64,000 bases of DNA from an uncultured virus (IMG/VR IMGVR_UViG_3300008107_000034) (taxonomy: Duplodnaviria > Heunggongvirae > Uroviricota > Caudoviricetes): IMG/VR virus record IMGVR_UViG_3300008107_000034. One strand, given 5' to 3'. The translations under genes were made by a program, and so were the position numbers. Below the pieces are notes generated by a model. It saw only the letters and a list, made by a program, of their open reading frames with translations. It did no database searches and was not told the DNA's origin. Positions 29,032 to 37,981 of the stretch are shown piece after piece. The number at the start of each line of letters is the position of its first letter. Positions within the stretch are counted from its first letter, which is position 1.

Positions 29032-29058
29032 AAGGAGGGTTGATCCCCTCCTTTTTTT
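29032..29058 (+). terminator. Rho-independent terminator
   Basis: aaggaggg-ttgatc-ccctcctt followed by a T-run. Confidence 0.75.
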
Positions 29059-29089
29059 ATGCTAAAATCTTGAGAGAGAATGATATCTT

Positions 29090-29263
29090 ATGGACAAAGA
29101 CAAACTAAAACTGATTGTTCGTAATCTTGAACTCTTGGTTGATTCTCTTAAGGCAGAAATTTATTCTGATACATCTGCATATAAGTACACAGAACCAGAA
29201 GTAAGAAAACGACCAATTTTAGATTACGACGAAATTTTTGAGGACTCTGATTTAGATGACTAA
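29090..29263 (+). CDS. Small hypothetical protein (57 aa)
   Basis: MDKDKLKLIVRNLELLVDSLKAEIYSD..., read from the sequence. Confidence 0.65.
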   Translation: MDKDKLKLIVRNLELLVDSLKAEIYSDTSAYKYTEPEVRKRPILDYDEIFEDSDLDD

Positions 29264-29423
29264 TAGAGCAAAAGAACTGGTAAAGTTGCTTGAGAAACTT
29301 ACAAAACAAGAGCATCTTTACACTGCTGAAAAAATTATAGAAATGAAACAACAACTGCGAGCATTGAAAGAAGAACTCGCAGAACTGGAAGCAAAAACAT
29401 CAAAAGGATTTGGAAAGAAATGA
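29256..29423 (+). CDS. Small coiled-coil protein (55 aa)
   Basis: MTNRAKELVKLLE...SKGFGKK; ATGA overlap with thyX. Confidence 0.6.
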   Translation: MTNRAKELVKLLEKLTKQEHLYTAEKIIEMKQQLRALKEELAELEAKTSKGFGKK

Positions 29424-30172
29424 AACCTATTAAAGCAAAAGATCTTCTTGAACTTGATAAAAATCTTGAAGTAGTAGTTCTTCAATGCTATGCACTTCCA
29501 GAACAAGTCATTTATCAGGCAGGTAAATGTGATTATTCTGAAACTCCAATTCACAACCAAACTATTCCTAGTCCAAATGAATGTGGTGAATGGGTTGTAG
29601 AGCGTCTACTAAGCAATGAGAAAGGGCACTGGGGCCCCCTAGAACACCCTTCTATTACTTTTTCAGTGTCTGGGTATGTTCATAATGTTGCGATGCAGGC
29701 ACGAACTCATAGAGTGGGTGTAACTTTCGATGTTCAATCTCAACGTTACACTGGTAAGCGAGTAATCAAAGTTGCAAGCGGTGAACTTAAACCAGAAGAT
29801 GTATTTTTTGTGCGTCCTCCTGGATTTTATACTAATCGGTATGGTAAGAAGTATGATTGGACAGCAGAAGATTATCAAGACGAACTAAACTGGATTGTAG
29901 AAGGTTGCAAGCGTTATGCGACAAAATACGAAAAAGGAATGTGCGAAGAGCACATTAGGGACTATCTTGCACAAGCAATTCGTCAGAACTTTGTGGTTTC
30001 TTTTAACTTACGTTCTGTTCTTCATATTATGGATCTGCGAGCAAAAATGGATGCACAATTAGAGATTCAAGCATTGTGTGAGCAATTTGTCCCTCTTCTT
30101 CAAAAATGGTCACCAAATGTTTGGAAGTATTATGAAGAGAAAAGACTGCATCGTGCTCGTCTGAGTCCATAA
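29420..30172 (+). CDS. thyX: FAD-dependent thymidylate synthase
   Basis: GHWGPLEH, QARTHRVGVTFDVQSQRY (ThyX RHR-x7-S-like motif), NLRSVLH..LR...AQLEI. Confidence 0.92.
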   Translation: MKPIKAKDLLELDKNLEVVVLQCYALPEQVIYQAGKCDYSETPIHNQTIPSPNECGEWVVERLLSNEKGHWGPLEHPSITFSVSGYVHNVAMQARTHRVGVTFDVQSQRYTGKRVIKVASGELKPEDVFFVRPPGFYTNRYGKKYDWTAEDYQDELNWIVEGCKRYATKYEKGMCEEHIRDYLAQAIRQNFVVSFNLRSVLHIMDLRAKMDAQLEIQALCEQFVPLLQKWSPNVWKYYEEKRLHRARLSP

Positions 30173-30182
30173 ATAAATGTGC

Positions 30183-30265
30183 CTTAACTTGGTGACACAT
30201 TTAAGGCAGAATAAGGGGGCAGAAATGCCCCTTTCTATTATAAATACTTATGTCACCAAGTTAAG
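30183..30265. repeat. 15-bp perfect inverted repeat enclosing a hairpin and a T4 late promoter
   Basis: cttaacttggtgaca (30183-30197) / tgtcaccaagttaag (30251-30265). Confidence 0.85.
30239..30246 (+). promoter_or_regulatory. T4-type late promoter
   Basis: TATAAATA 25 nt upstream of the endonuclease ATG. Confidence 0.7.
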
Positions 30266-30271
30266 AGTAGT

Positions 30272-30919
30272 ATGAAACATTTTTATGTGTATTATTCCTA
30301 TGAGGAATATGGGAGGGGTTATATTGGAAAAAGAGAATGTGATTGTCTTCCAGAAAAAGATGTAAATTACTTTGGAAGTTTTCACGATAAGAACTTTAAT
30401 CCATCTCAAAAGATTATTTTAGAAACTTTTGATAGTGTAGAAGAAGCACTTGAAGCAGAAATAATTCTTCACAATTTTTATGAAGTAGATAAAAATCCTC
30501 ATTTTGCGAATAGAGCAAAACAGACTTCAACTAAATTCTACTATTGTTTGAATGGAAAAAATAACCCAATGTATGGTAAAATAGGAGAGAAACATCCTGC
30601 CTACGGATATAGACATAGTAAAGATGTTTTACAAATGTTTAGTGACCGCCAAAAAGGTGAAAAAAATCATATGTATGGTAAGTTTGGTAAAGATCATCCA
30701 TCCTATGGATCAAAAAGGAGTGAAGAAACTAAAAGAAAATTGAGTGAGAGACAAATTGGTGAAAAAAATCATAGGTATGGTAAAAAATCTTGGAATAGTG
30801 GGAAAAGTGTTATGATGTGGATTACTGATGGCAATGAAAGTAGATATGTTTTTAAGGAAAATGAAATACCTCAAGGTTGGAGGAGAGGAAGAACCTTTAC
30901 AAGAAATACCAATAAATAA
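30272..30919 (+). CDS. GIY-YIG homing endonuclease with NUMOD3 repeats
   Basis: YVYYSYEEYGRGYIGKR; repeated GEKNHMYGK/HSxE..KLS NUMOD3-type motifs. Confidence 0.85.
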   Translation: MKHFYVYYSYEEYGRGYIGKRECDCLPEKDVNYFGSFHDKNFNPSQKIILETFDSVEEALEAEIILHNFYEVDKNPHFANRAKQTSTKFYYCLNGKNNPMYGKIGEKHPAYGYRHSKDVLQMFSDRQKGEKNHMYGKFGKDHPSYGSKRSEETKRKLSERQIGEKNHRYGKKSWNSGKSVMMWITDGNESRYVFKENEIPQGWRRGRTFTRNTNK

Positions 30920-30951
30920 TTTTTTATATACAAGTTTTGAGAGTAAAAAAA

Positions 30952-31200
30952 ATGCCAACATACCCAATCATTAATAAAAAAACTGGGGAACAAAAAGAAG
31001 TTGTTATGAGTATTCACGACTGGGATCAATGGTCAAAGGATAATGTTGACTGGATTAGGGACTGGAGTGATCCATCAACCGCACCAAGTGCCTGTGAAAT
31101 TGGGGAATGGCGGGACAAACTGGTTGCAAGGAACCCCGGATGGAACGATGTGCTTGCGAAAGCCAGCAAGGCTCCGGGCTCAAGAGTAAAGAAAATTTAA
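30952..31200 (+). CDS. Conserved cyanophage hypothetical protein
   Basis: MPTYPIINKKTGEQKEV...GWNDVLAKASKAPGS; ATG 30952. Confidence 0.7.
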   Translation: MPTYPIINKKTGEQKEVVMSIHDWDQWSKDNVDWIRDWSDPSTAPSACEIGEWRDKLVARNPGWNDVLAKASKAPGSRVKKI

Positions 31201-31218
31201 ACATCTGAATAAAATCTA

Positions 31219-31977
31219 ATGGCAAGAAGAAAAAGAGGCAACGTTGATCAACCTATCGGAGTTGGTTTGACTGCAAAGCAGATGAAGAGGAGAAAACCTC
31301 TAAGTGCTGATTACTTAGTTGACATTGATCCCCTTACAGACAATCAAAAACGTTTGTTTGAGTCTTATAATGATGGTAAACATATTGTTGCCTATGGATG
31401 TGCTGGGACAGGTAAAACCTTTATCACACTCTATAATGCCCTTGCAGATGTTCTCGATGAAAGAACACCATACGAAAGAATTTATCTTGTTCGTTCACTT
31501 GTTGCAACCAGAGAGATTGGATTTCTGCCTGGAACTCACGATGATAAGGCAGATATTTACCAGATTCCTTATAAGAATATGGTGAAGTATATGTTCCAGA
31601 TGCCTTCTGATGCTGACTTTGAGATGCTTTATGGTAACTTAAAGTCTCAAGAAACCATTAAGTTTTGGAGCACCTCATTCTTGCGTGGAACGACCCTTGA
31701 TAACGCTATCATTATTGTGGATGAGTTCCAAAACCTAAACTTTCACGAATTGGATTCTATTATCACTCGTGTTGGTGAGAATACCAAGATTTGTTTCTGT
31801 GGTGATGCTTCTCAATCAGACTTACAGAAGACTAACGAACGAAATGGTATTGTTGATTTTATGACTGTCTTGCGTAAAATGCCATCTTTTGATATAATTG
31901 AATTTGGTGTAGAAGACATTGTTCGTTCTGGACTTGTTAAAGAGTACATTATTGCTAAATTGGATGCTGGTTTTTAA
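31219..31977 (+). CDS. phoH: PhoH-like ATPase
   Basis: GCAGTGKT Walker A, IGFLPG, FLRGTT, DEFQN, GDASQSD. Confidence 0.93.
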   Translation: MARRKRGNVDQPIGVGLTAKQMKRRKPLSADYLVDIDPLTDNQKRLFESYNDGKHIVAYGCAGTGKTFITLYNALADVLDERTPYERIYLVRSLVATREIGFLPGTHDDKADIYQIPYKNMVKYMFQMPSDADFEMLYGNLKSQETIKFWSTSFLRGTTLDNAIIIVDEFQNLNFHELDSIITRVGENTKICFCGDASQSDLQKTNERNGIVDFMTVLRKMPSFDIIEFGVEDIVRSGLVKEYIIAKLDAGF

Positions 31978-32657
31978 TGTTCAAACATATTGATATTGAA
32001 CTCCCTAAGTTGGAGCGTGAGACAATTGATGGTGTAAGATACTACTCAATTCCTGATGAAGAAGAACTTCTCCGACTGGTCTCCATTACTTCGGTGACCA
32101 GTCATTTTAATAAGGAGATCTTTGTTAATTGGCGTAAGAAAGTTGGAGATGAAGAAGCGGATCGTGTCACGAAAGCGGCAACGAGTCGTGGAACTGATAT
32201 GCACACGCTTGTAGAGAACTATCTTTATAATCGTGACCTGCCCTCAGTTCAACCTCTTTCAGACTTTCTCTTTAAAATCTCAAAAACAGAACTCAATCGC
32301 ATAAATAATATTTACGCCCTAGAAGGGTCCCTATATAGTAAGCAATTAGGTATTGCTGGGACAGTTGATTGTATCGCTGAATATGACGGCGAGTTAGCAA
32401 TAATTGACTTTAAAACTTCTAAAAAACCAAAACCACGAGAGTGGATCGAACACTACTTTGTTCAATGTATGGCTTACGGATGTATGCTATACGAACTGAC
32501 TGGTATTTCAGTCAAAAAACTTGTAATCATTATGGCTTGTGAAAATGGAGAATGCGTCGTTTATGAAGAAAGAAACAAATCAAAGTACATCAAACTTCTC
32601 ACAGAATACATTAGAAAGTTTGTTAGAGATAAACTGGAACTCTATGGAACCAAATAA
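31977..32657 (+). CDS. PD-(D/E)xK exonuclease (Cas4/lambda-exo-like)
   Basis: SITSV, RGTDMH, AGTVDCIAE..IIDFKTS, QCMAY. Confidence 0.85.
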   Translation: MFKHIDIELPKLERETIDGVRYYSIPDEEELLRLVSITSVTSHFNKEIFVNWRKKVGDEEADRVTKAATSRGTDMHTLVENYLYNRDLPSVQPLSDFLFKISKTELNRINNIYALEGSLYSKQLGIAGTVDCIAEYDGELAIIDFKTSKKPKPREWIEHYFVQCMAYGCMLYELTGISVKKLVIIMACENGECVVYEERNKSKYIKLLTEYIRKFVRDKLELYGTK

Positions 32658-32904
32658 AGAACTGGAACAGGCAATCGAAAATAAGTTTTTAACTCCTTCT
32701 AAGTTTGCTCTTGAGATTGAAAAGATTGTTGCAGAAGAAAACTTCAACTATATTGACGCAATCGTTCACTATTGTGAAATCAATAGTCTTGAAGTAGAAT
32801 CAGTAACAAAACTCATTTCAAAACCTCTGAAAGAGCGACTCAAATGGGATGCAACCCGTTTGAACTTTATGAAGCGAACTTCGAAAGCAAAACTGCCTCT
32901 ATGA
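32644..32904 (+). CDS. gp33: Late-promoter transcription coactivator
   Basis: FALEIEKIV...YIDAIVHYCE...LKERLKWDA..LNF; gp33-gp59-gp32 synteny; ATG 32644. Confidence 0.85.
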   Translation: MEPNKELEQAIENKFLTPSKFALEIEKIVAEENFNYIDAIVHYCEINSLEVESVTKLISKPLKERLKWDATRLNFMKRTSKAKLPL

Positions 32905-33497
32905 CCGTGACACCCTTTGAAACTTATCAACATTATCTGTCACTCAAAAATCATTTTACAAATCCAAAATACGACTTCTTTAAGTACGGTGCGAAGACTC
33001 GTGCGAGTATAACGTCCTTTAATCGACGCAAAGATAAGTATTTCTTCGAACGCACGAGTCGCAAATTTTCGGACAAGGAAATTGTAGATTTTCTAGTATC
33101 AAACTTTGTAGCATCAGACACGCCTGGTAATCTCTGGATCGGTGAGATCATCAATTCGGGTGAGAGAACTTATGCTGACTGGATGAGACGCCAGCAAAGT
33201 TTGTCTTATATCTTCAAGCAAGAATCGGAAGATATGTTGTCTGAAAGCAACTTAAAGCAGGTTCTTGATGCTTCAAAGCAACATCCAGTCATTCTAAAAA
33301 AGTTCCTGAGCGGGAAGATTAGTATAGAAACCTTTACTATATGGGATAGAATATTCCTGTTCGGGAAGACCTTTGATAAGCAACTCCTGGACCCAGTGTG
33401 GGAAACCGTCAGTTTGAAAATTTCAAAGTATAAACCATTTCTAAATATTGACGTGTTCAATTACAAGAAAATTTTAAGGGACATTATAGATGAGTAG
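32901..33497 (+). CDS. gp59: Helicase loader
   Basis: YLSLKNHFT..KYDFFKY, F.RRKDKYFF; ATG 32901 overlaps the gp33 stop. Confidence 0.85.
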   Translation: MTVTPFETYQHYLSLKNHFTNPKYDFFKYGAKTRASITSFNRRKDKYFFERTSRKFSDKEIVDFLVSNFVASDTPGNLWIGEIINSGERTYADWMRRQQSLSYIFKQESEDMLSESNLKQVLDASKQHPVILKKFLSGKISIETFTIWDRIFLFGKTFDKQLLDPVWETVSLKISKYKPFLNIDVFNYKKILRDIIDE

Positions 33498-33822
33498 CTT
33501 TTTCGATTCTGATATTATTCAGGAAGAACTGAAAGAAATTAACAAGTTACAAGAAGAAATCTACGGAAGTATTTTAACTTTCGGTGGAATGTCCCGTGAG
33601 ACCAAATTGGAGCACATTGAGAAACTTGAGCTCTTGCTAGAAAAGCAGAGAGTGATGTATACTAGGTTGTCCCTTTCAGACGACCCTCAAGCGGTTGAAA
33701 TGAAAGAGAACCTACGCAAGTCAGTTGCCTTGATGGGTTTCCCACCAGAGACTGATATGCAAGTTTTATTCAGTAGTATGAACAAGACCATTGAATCACT
33801 CAAGCAATATATTGACAGGTGA
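33490..33822 (+). CDS. Conserved cyanobacterial/cyanophage hypothetical protein (DUF1825-like)
   Basis: FFDSDIIQEEL...KQRVMYTRLSLSDDP. Confidence 0.7.
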   Translation: MSSFFDSDIIQEELKEINKLQEEIYGSILTFGGMSRETKLEHIEKLELLLEKQRVMYTRLSLSDDPQAVEMKENLRKSVALMGFPPETDMQVLFSSMNKTIESLKQYIDR

Positions 33823-33840
33823 TTCAATCTTCGCTATACT
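33812..33840 (+). promoter_or_regulatory. Sigma70-type promoter of gp32
   Basis: TTGACA-17 nt-TATACT. Confidence 0.75.
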
Positions 33841-33884
33841 ATCTAAGTAAATCCCCCGAATCCAAACTATCCGAGGTAATCCAA

Positions 33885-34808
33885 ATGTCGTTTTCCGACC
33901 TTAAAAAACAGTCCAAGCTGGGCAATCTTACTGCCAAATTGGTCAAAGAAGTAGAAAAAATGAATACTAGTAGCGGTTCTAGTGATGAACGCTTCTGGAA
34001 ATTAGAATGCGACAAAGCAAATAATGGTTATGCCGTGATCCGTTTCCTCCCTGCTCCTAACGGTGAAGACCTGCCGTTCGTGAAACTCTACAGTCACGCA
34101 TTTCAGGGTTCTGGTGGTTGGTATATTGAAAACAGTCTCACCACTTTGAATCAGAAGGATCCTGTGTCCGAACTGAACTCCGAACTGTGGAACAACGGCA
34201 CTGATGCTGGTAAAGAACTGGCACGTAAGCAAAAGCGTAAACTGACTTATATCTCCAACATCTACGTGGTGAAGGACCCTGCGAACCCCGCCAACGAAGG
34301 TAAGGTCTTCCTGTTCAAGTATGGTAAGAAGATCTTTGATAAACTTACCGCTGCAATGCAACCTGAGTTTGAAGATGAGGAAGCAATTGATCCATTTGAC
34401 TTCTGGCAAGGTGCCAACTTCAAACTGAAGGCAAAGAACGTTGCTGGTTATCGTAACTATGACTCCTCTGAGTTTGCTGCATCTGCCCCTCTTCTGGACG
34501 ACGATGACGCAATGGAAGCAATCTGGAAAAAGCAGTATTCGCTTGCTGAACTCGTTGCTGCCGATCAGTTCAAGTCTTATGATGATTTGAAGAAGCGTCT
34601 GGACTATGTGCTTGGCACCAAAGGCACTCCTCGCTATCAGGACCCTGAAGAGTTTGATGAGGATAATACTCGTGGTCCTGTGAAAGACCTTGATGAAGAT
34701 CTTCGCAGTGAACTCAACAATCTTCAACCTACTCGCCGTGCTGCGGCACCTGTGGAGGATGACGATGATGATGCGTTGTCGTATTTCGCCCGTCTTGCCG
34801 AAGATTGA
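33885..34808 (+). CDS. gp32: Single-stranded DNA-binding protein
   Basis: DERFWKL, AVIRFLPA, GWYIENSLTT, YRNYDSSEF, acidic tail; ATG 33885 with GAGG SD. Confidence 0.93.
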   Translation: MSFSDLKKQSKLGNLTAKLVKEVEKMNTSSGSSDERFWKLECDKANNGYAVIRFLPAPNGEDLPFVKLYSHAFQGSGGWYIENSLTTLNQKDPVSELNSELWNNGTDAGKELARKQKRKLTYISNIYVVKDPANPANEGKVFLFKYGKKIFDKLTAAMQPEFEDEEAIDPFDFWQGANFKLKAKNVAGYRNYDSSEFAASAPLLDDDDAMEAIWKKQYSLAELVAADQFKSYDDLKKRLDYVLGTKGTPRYQDPEEFDEDNTRGPVKDLDEDLRSELNNLQPTRRAAAPVEDDDDDALSYFARLAED

Positions 34809-35395
34809 AAACAGATTACTACATTGACCGTGTAAGTAAATCCGAAGCCGCAGAGTTACTTCTGCGGTTTCATTATCTTAAGGACTTTTCCAAATCCTTT
34901 AAGTCAGGTTACAACTACGGTCTTTATAAGGGCAATGACTTTTGCCCGTTGAATATTGGTGGTATTCAGGGAGTCTGTATCTTTACTGGACTTCCTGTAC
35001 CTGAAATTGCAAAAGGAGCATTTGGATTAGAACGGAATGAACAAGAAGGACTCTTTGAACTTTCCCGTCTTTGCATACACCCCGAAACACAAGGAACCGA
35101 GCATAATATCACTTCTTGGTTTGTTTCAAGATCGATTAGACAGTTACGGAAGGATACTGAAGTTAAAGCAATCATCTCTTACGCTGATAGTGATTTCCAC
35201 AATGGTACAATCTATCGCGCTTGTAATTTTAAATATTGCGGACTTTCAGATCCAAAGAAAGATTTCTATTATGCAGACGGAACTAAACACTCTAGAGGCA
35301 AAGTTAAAGGTGCTGCAGGAGAATGGAAAGAACGCTCCCGCAAACACCGATATGTGATGGTTTTTGATAAGAAATTAAAATTATTGTGGACTTGA
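34805..35395 (+). CDS. Mom-like DNA adenine-modification enzyme (GNAT fold)
   Basis: HYL, ELSRLC, SWFVSRS, ISYADS..H.GTIYRACNF. Confidence 0.75.
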   Translation: MKTDYYIDRVSKSEAAELLLRFHYLKDFSKSFKSGYNYGLYKGNDFCPLNIGGIQGVCIFTGLPVPEIAKGAFGLERNEQEGLFELSRLCIHPETQGTEHNITSWFVSRSIRQLRKDTEVKAIISYADSDFHNGTIYRACNFKYCGLSDPKKDFYYADGTKHSRGKVKGAAGEWKERSRKHRYVMVFDKKLKLLWT

Positions 35396-36031
35396 CGCTC
35401 TTGTGTTCTCAGTTCTAATTACTTTATCATTAACATACTGAGATGATTGATCATAAGTCATCTCCTTTCTTACATCATTTAAAACTTGTTGCAAATAAAC
35501 TGGTTTGAGAACATAAATGGTTCTTTTGTCATTGTTTTTTAGAACTTCATACTCATAGTTTGAAATACCAACAACTGGATTTAAAGATGCAGTTGGATCT
35601 CCTGGTTTTGGAATTGTAAAGTCAACATCAACAACTTTACCTGCTGGAAGAATTAAACGATCTTCAGAATCTTTGACTTCCGTTGTTTCATAATGATGAA
35701 TTGAATTTAAATCTGCACCATAAATTGACTCTGCATAATCATAAACTTGTGCATCAGACAGCGGCCATTGATCTCTAACTCTAGTAATTCCTGCAGTAAT
35801 TAAAATAACCCAATCATATTGCGAACTACCATAAAGTTCTTCCGCAATAGTATCTGGTCGAGCACCATCAATGATTTGATATTTGTCAAAAACTGTAAAA
35901 ACATTTTGTAAGTCATCACGAAGTTTGACTCTACGGAATAAGTTTTTTACAGTTAAATACTCATCAACAGAAGTCTTATCTGATAAGAATGATTGATATT
36001 CTAAGTTTGGTAGTGTTCTAAAATAAGACAT
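35381..36031 (-). CDS. gp53: Baseplate wedge subunit
   Basis: YFRTLPN, RPDTIAEELYG..YDWVIL, WPLS, HHYET. Confidence 0.85.
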   Translation of the reverse strand: MSYFRTLPNLEYQSFLSDKTSVDEYLTVKNLFRRVKLRDDLQNVFTVFDKYQIIDGARPDTIAEELYGSSQYDWVILITAGITRVRDQWPLSDAQVYDYAESIYGADLNSIHHYETTEVKDSEDRLILPAGKVVDVDFTIPKPGDPTASLNPVVGISNYEYEVLKNNDKRTIYVLKPVYLQQVLNDVRKEMTYDQSSQYVNDKVIRTENTRASSPQ

Positions 36032-36924
36032 TAGTAACCAACTCCAATATCGGTTTCTTTGTAATCTTCATTGTAAATTGGAGACAGTTCTTGGAATTGT
36101 AACGTCATTTGCATATGAACAGGAGTTGCATCAGCATATGTTGCATATTGTGAAGAACCATTATAATTAATACTTATTTGTGTTAAAGCACATGGTTTAA
36201 AACGATGTAAGAATGGATGCTGCTTTCCACCACTCATATATTCTAACTTAAATACATTTGGTGCTTTAACAAATAAACCACCACCATTTTGGTCTGGTGT
36301 CCCTTTTCGAGGAGTCATATTCTTTTTGAATATTCTAATAATATTTTTAATCATTTCAGACTCTTTTTGAGATCTTGGGACCATATCAAAAGAAAATTGA
36401 TATGCTGGGCGAAGAGTTACACCATTAAATAGTAGTTCAACGTTTTGATTAAAAATTTGTCCAGTTGCTCTGGAAATAATTGAATTAATATCTCCTTGAC
36501 CTAATGCTGCCGCCATTGCTGCACCTGCTGCACCTGCTGCAGTTGCTTTTTGACCTTCTCCAGATTTTATGGCTTCAGTAATATTTCCAAATGCTTTTGT
36601 AATTGATTCCCCAACCGATCCTACAAGATTGGAACTTAATATAGCACTATTTCCACCTGCAGCAAGAGTTGCTTGAACTGGATTCATAGTTCCAGATGTC
36701 CAATCTGCAGCATTATTGTCTTGAATATTTGCTGGCATTGGAAGTATAATTGTTGCCAGAGAATTTTTGATATTTCCAGATTGATTTAATGCTTCTTCTG
36801 TTGTTCTTAATGCAAAACCACCCGTTAAATTAAGACCAGGTGCTTTATATTCAATCACCTGAATCTTAAAATAGTCGTCTTGATTTCCAATATTTTTAAT
36901 CGGATATCGGAAGTAATCTGCCAT
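36031..36924 (-). CDS. gp48: Baseplate tail-tube cap
   Basis: LPMP.NIQD, NQNVELLFNG..LR...F.F.M.PRS, LQFQE. Confidence 0.8.
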   Translation of the reverse strand: MADYFRYPIKNIGNQDDYFKIQVIEYKAPGLNLTGGFALRTTEEALNQSGNIKNSLATIILPMPANIQDNNAADWTSGTMNPVQATLAAGGNSAILSSNLVGSVGESITKAFGNITEAIKSGEGQKATAAGAAGAAMAAALGQGDINSIISRATGQIFNQNVELLFNGVTLRPAYQFSFDMVPRSQKESEMIKNIIRIFKKNMTPRKGTPDQNGGGLFVKAPNVFKLEYMSGGKQHPFLHRFKPCALTQISINYNGSSQYATYADATPVHMQMTLQFQELSPIYNEDYKETDIGVGY

Positions 36925-36947
36925 TTATTTTTTCTAACTATTTATTG

Positions 36948-37544
36948 TTAGTTTTGAATTATTTTTCCGTAGGGAATTCTTAGTAAAATTGAAAATTCAT
37001 CTCTGCTCAATTCATATAATCCGCTAACTAATCGATCTCCATCTTGAGTATTGTATTGTCTATATTTTCCAAGATGAAAATTAAAACCTCTAAATCCTTT
37101 TGGTAATAAACTATCAACAATAATTAATGGGTATCGATCATAAAGAATTCTTGGAGTTTTAGCATAATAAACATAAGTATAATATCTTCCAGGAGCAGGT
37201 GGAAGAGGTGTTTCACTTCCACTAAGTCTGGATAATATTTCATTCATGAGCTCATCGGGGGTTTCTACTCCTAATAAAGATTCTTTTAACTCAGTAAGAC
37301 TTTTTGATTTACTTTTACTATAAGTGGGACCTTTAACTCTTCTAGGAAGTTTTGGATTTGCTTCAATATAATCAATATCAACTTTAATAATATTAATCAG
37401 TTGTTGCTTAGTTAATCTTTCATATCCTGCAAGTTTTCCCTTTCCACTTGCTGTCTGATAATAAGGATTATATTCTTTAGCAATTTCTACTAATTCTTTT
37501 TGGTTATATTGATCTAATGGTTTTTCGTATCCTGTGAGTGCCAT
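36948..37544 (-). CDS. gp2: DNA end-protector-like protein
   Basis: PGRYYTYVYYAKT...YDRYPLI...GFNFH; adjacent to gp4. Confidence 0.65.
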   Translation of the reverse strand: MALTGYEKPLDQYNQKELVEIAKEYNPYYQTASGKGKLAGYERLTKQQLINIIKVDIDYIEANPKLPRRVKGPTYSKSKSKSLTELKESLLGVETPDELMNEILSRLSGSETPLPPAPGRYYTYVYYAKTPRILYDRYPLIIVDSLLPKGFRGFNFHLGKYRQYNTQDGDRLVSGLYELSRDEFSILLRIPYGKIIQN

Positions 37545-37981
37545 TACTTGATACCTAGTTCGTGTTCTGTGATGATTTTGAACTCATATCCACGATCAGC
37601 ACACCATTCTTTTGCTGCTTCCCACTTTGATTGATTTTTAGCATACTCATAAACCTCACTGATATATCTCTTCGTTTGTCTTTGAGGTTTGATAGGAGGA
37701 ACCGTTTGCTTTGATGGTTTAATCTCAATCATATATTTTTTGATTGACCCATTCGATTCTTTGACTTTAATAAGAAAATCTGGAAAGTAACGATGTATCT
37801 TCCCGTCCACTGGAGAACGGTAGGGAATCGCTTTTTCTTCAGATTGCCATTCAATTATATTTTCATTTAGATCGCAATAAGTGCAAAATTTTCTTTCCCA
37901 TAAAGAACGATATATGATATTTGTAACATCTCCACGATACTTATCTGGAAATGATGGTTTATATTTTCCTTTGTATGACAT
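37544..37981 (-). CDS. gp4: Head completion nuclease
   Basis: YRSLWERKF, WQSEE, RYFPDF, IEIKP, NQSKWEAA. Confidence 0.9.
   Translation of the reverse strand: MSYKGKYKPSFPDKYRGDVTNIIYRSLWERKFCTYCDLNENIIEWQSEEKAIPYRSPVDGKIHRYFPDFLIKVKESNGSIKKYMIEIKPSKQTVPPIKPQRQTKRYISEVYEYAKNQSKWEAAKEWCADRGYEFKIITEHELGIK

Noticed and set aside
34002..34727. 241-aa minus-strand ORF
   Set aside because: Antisense shadow of gp32, with no recognisable motifs.
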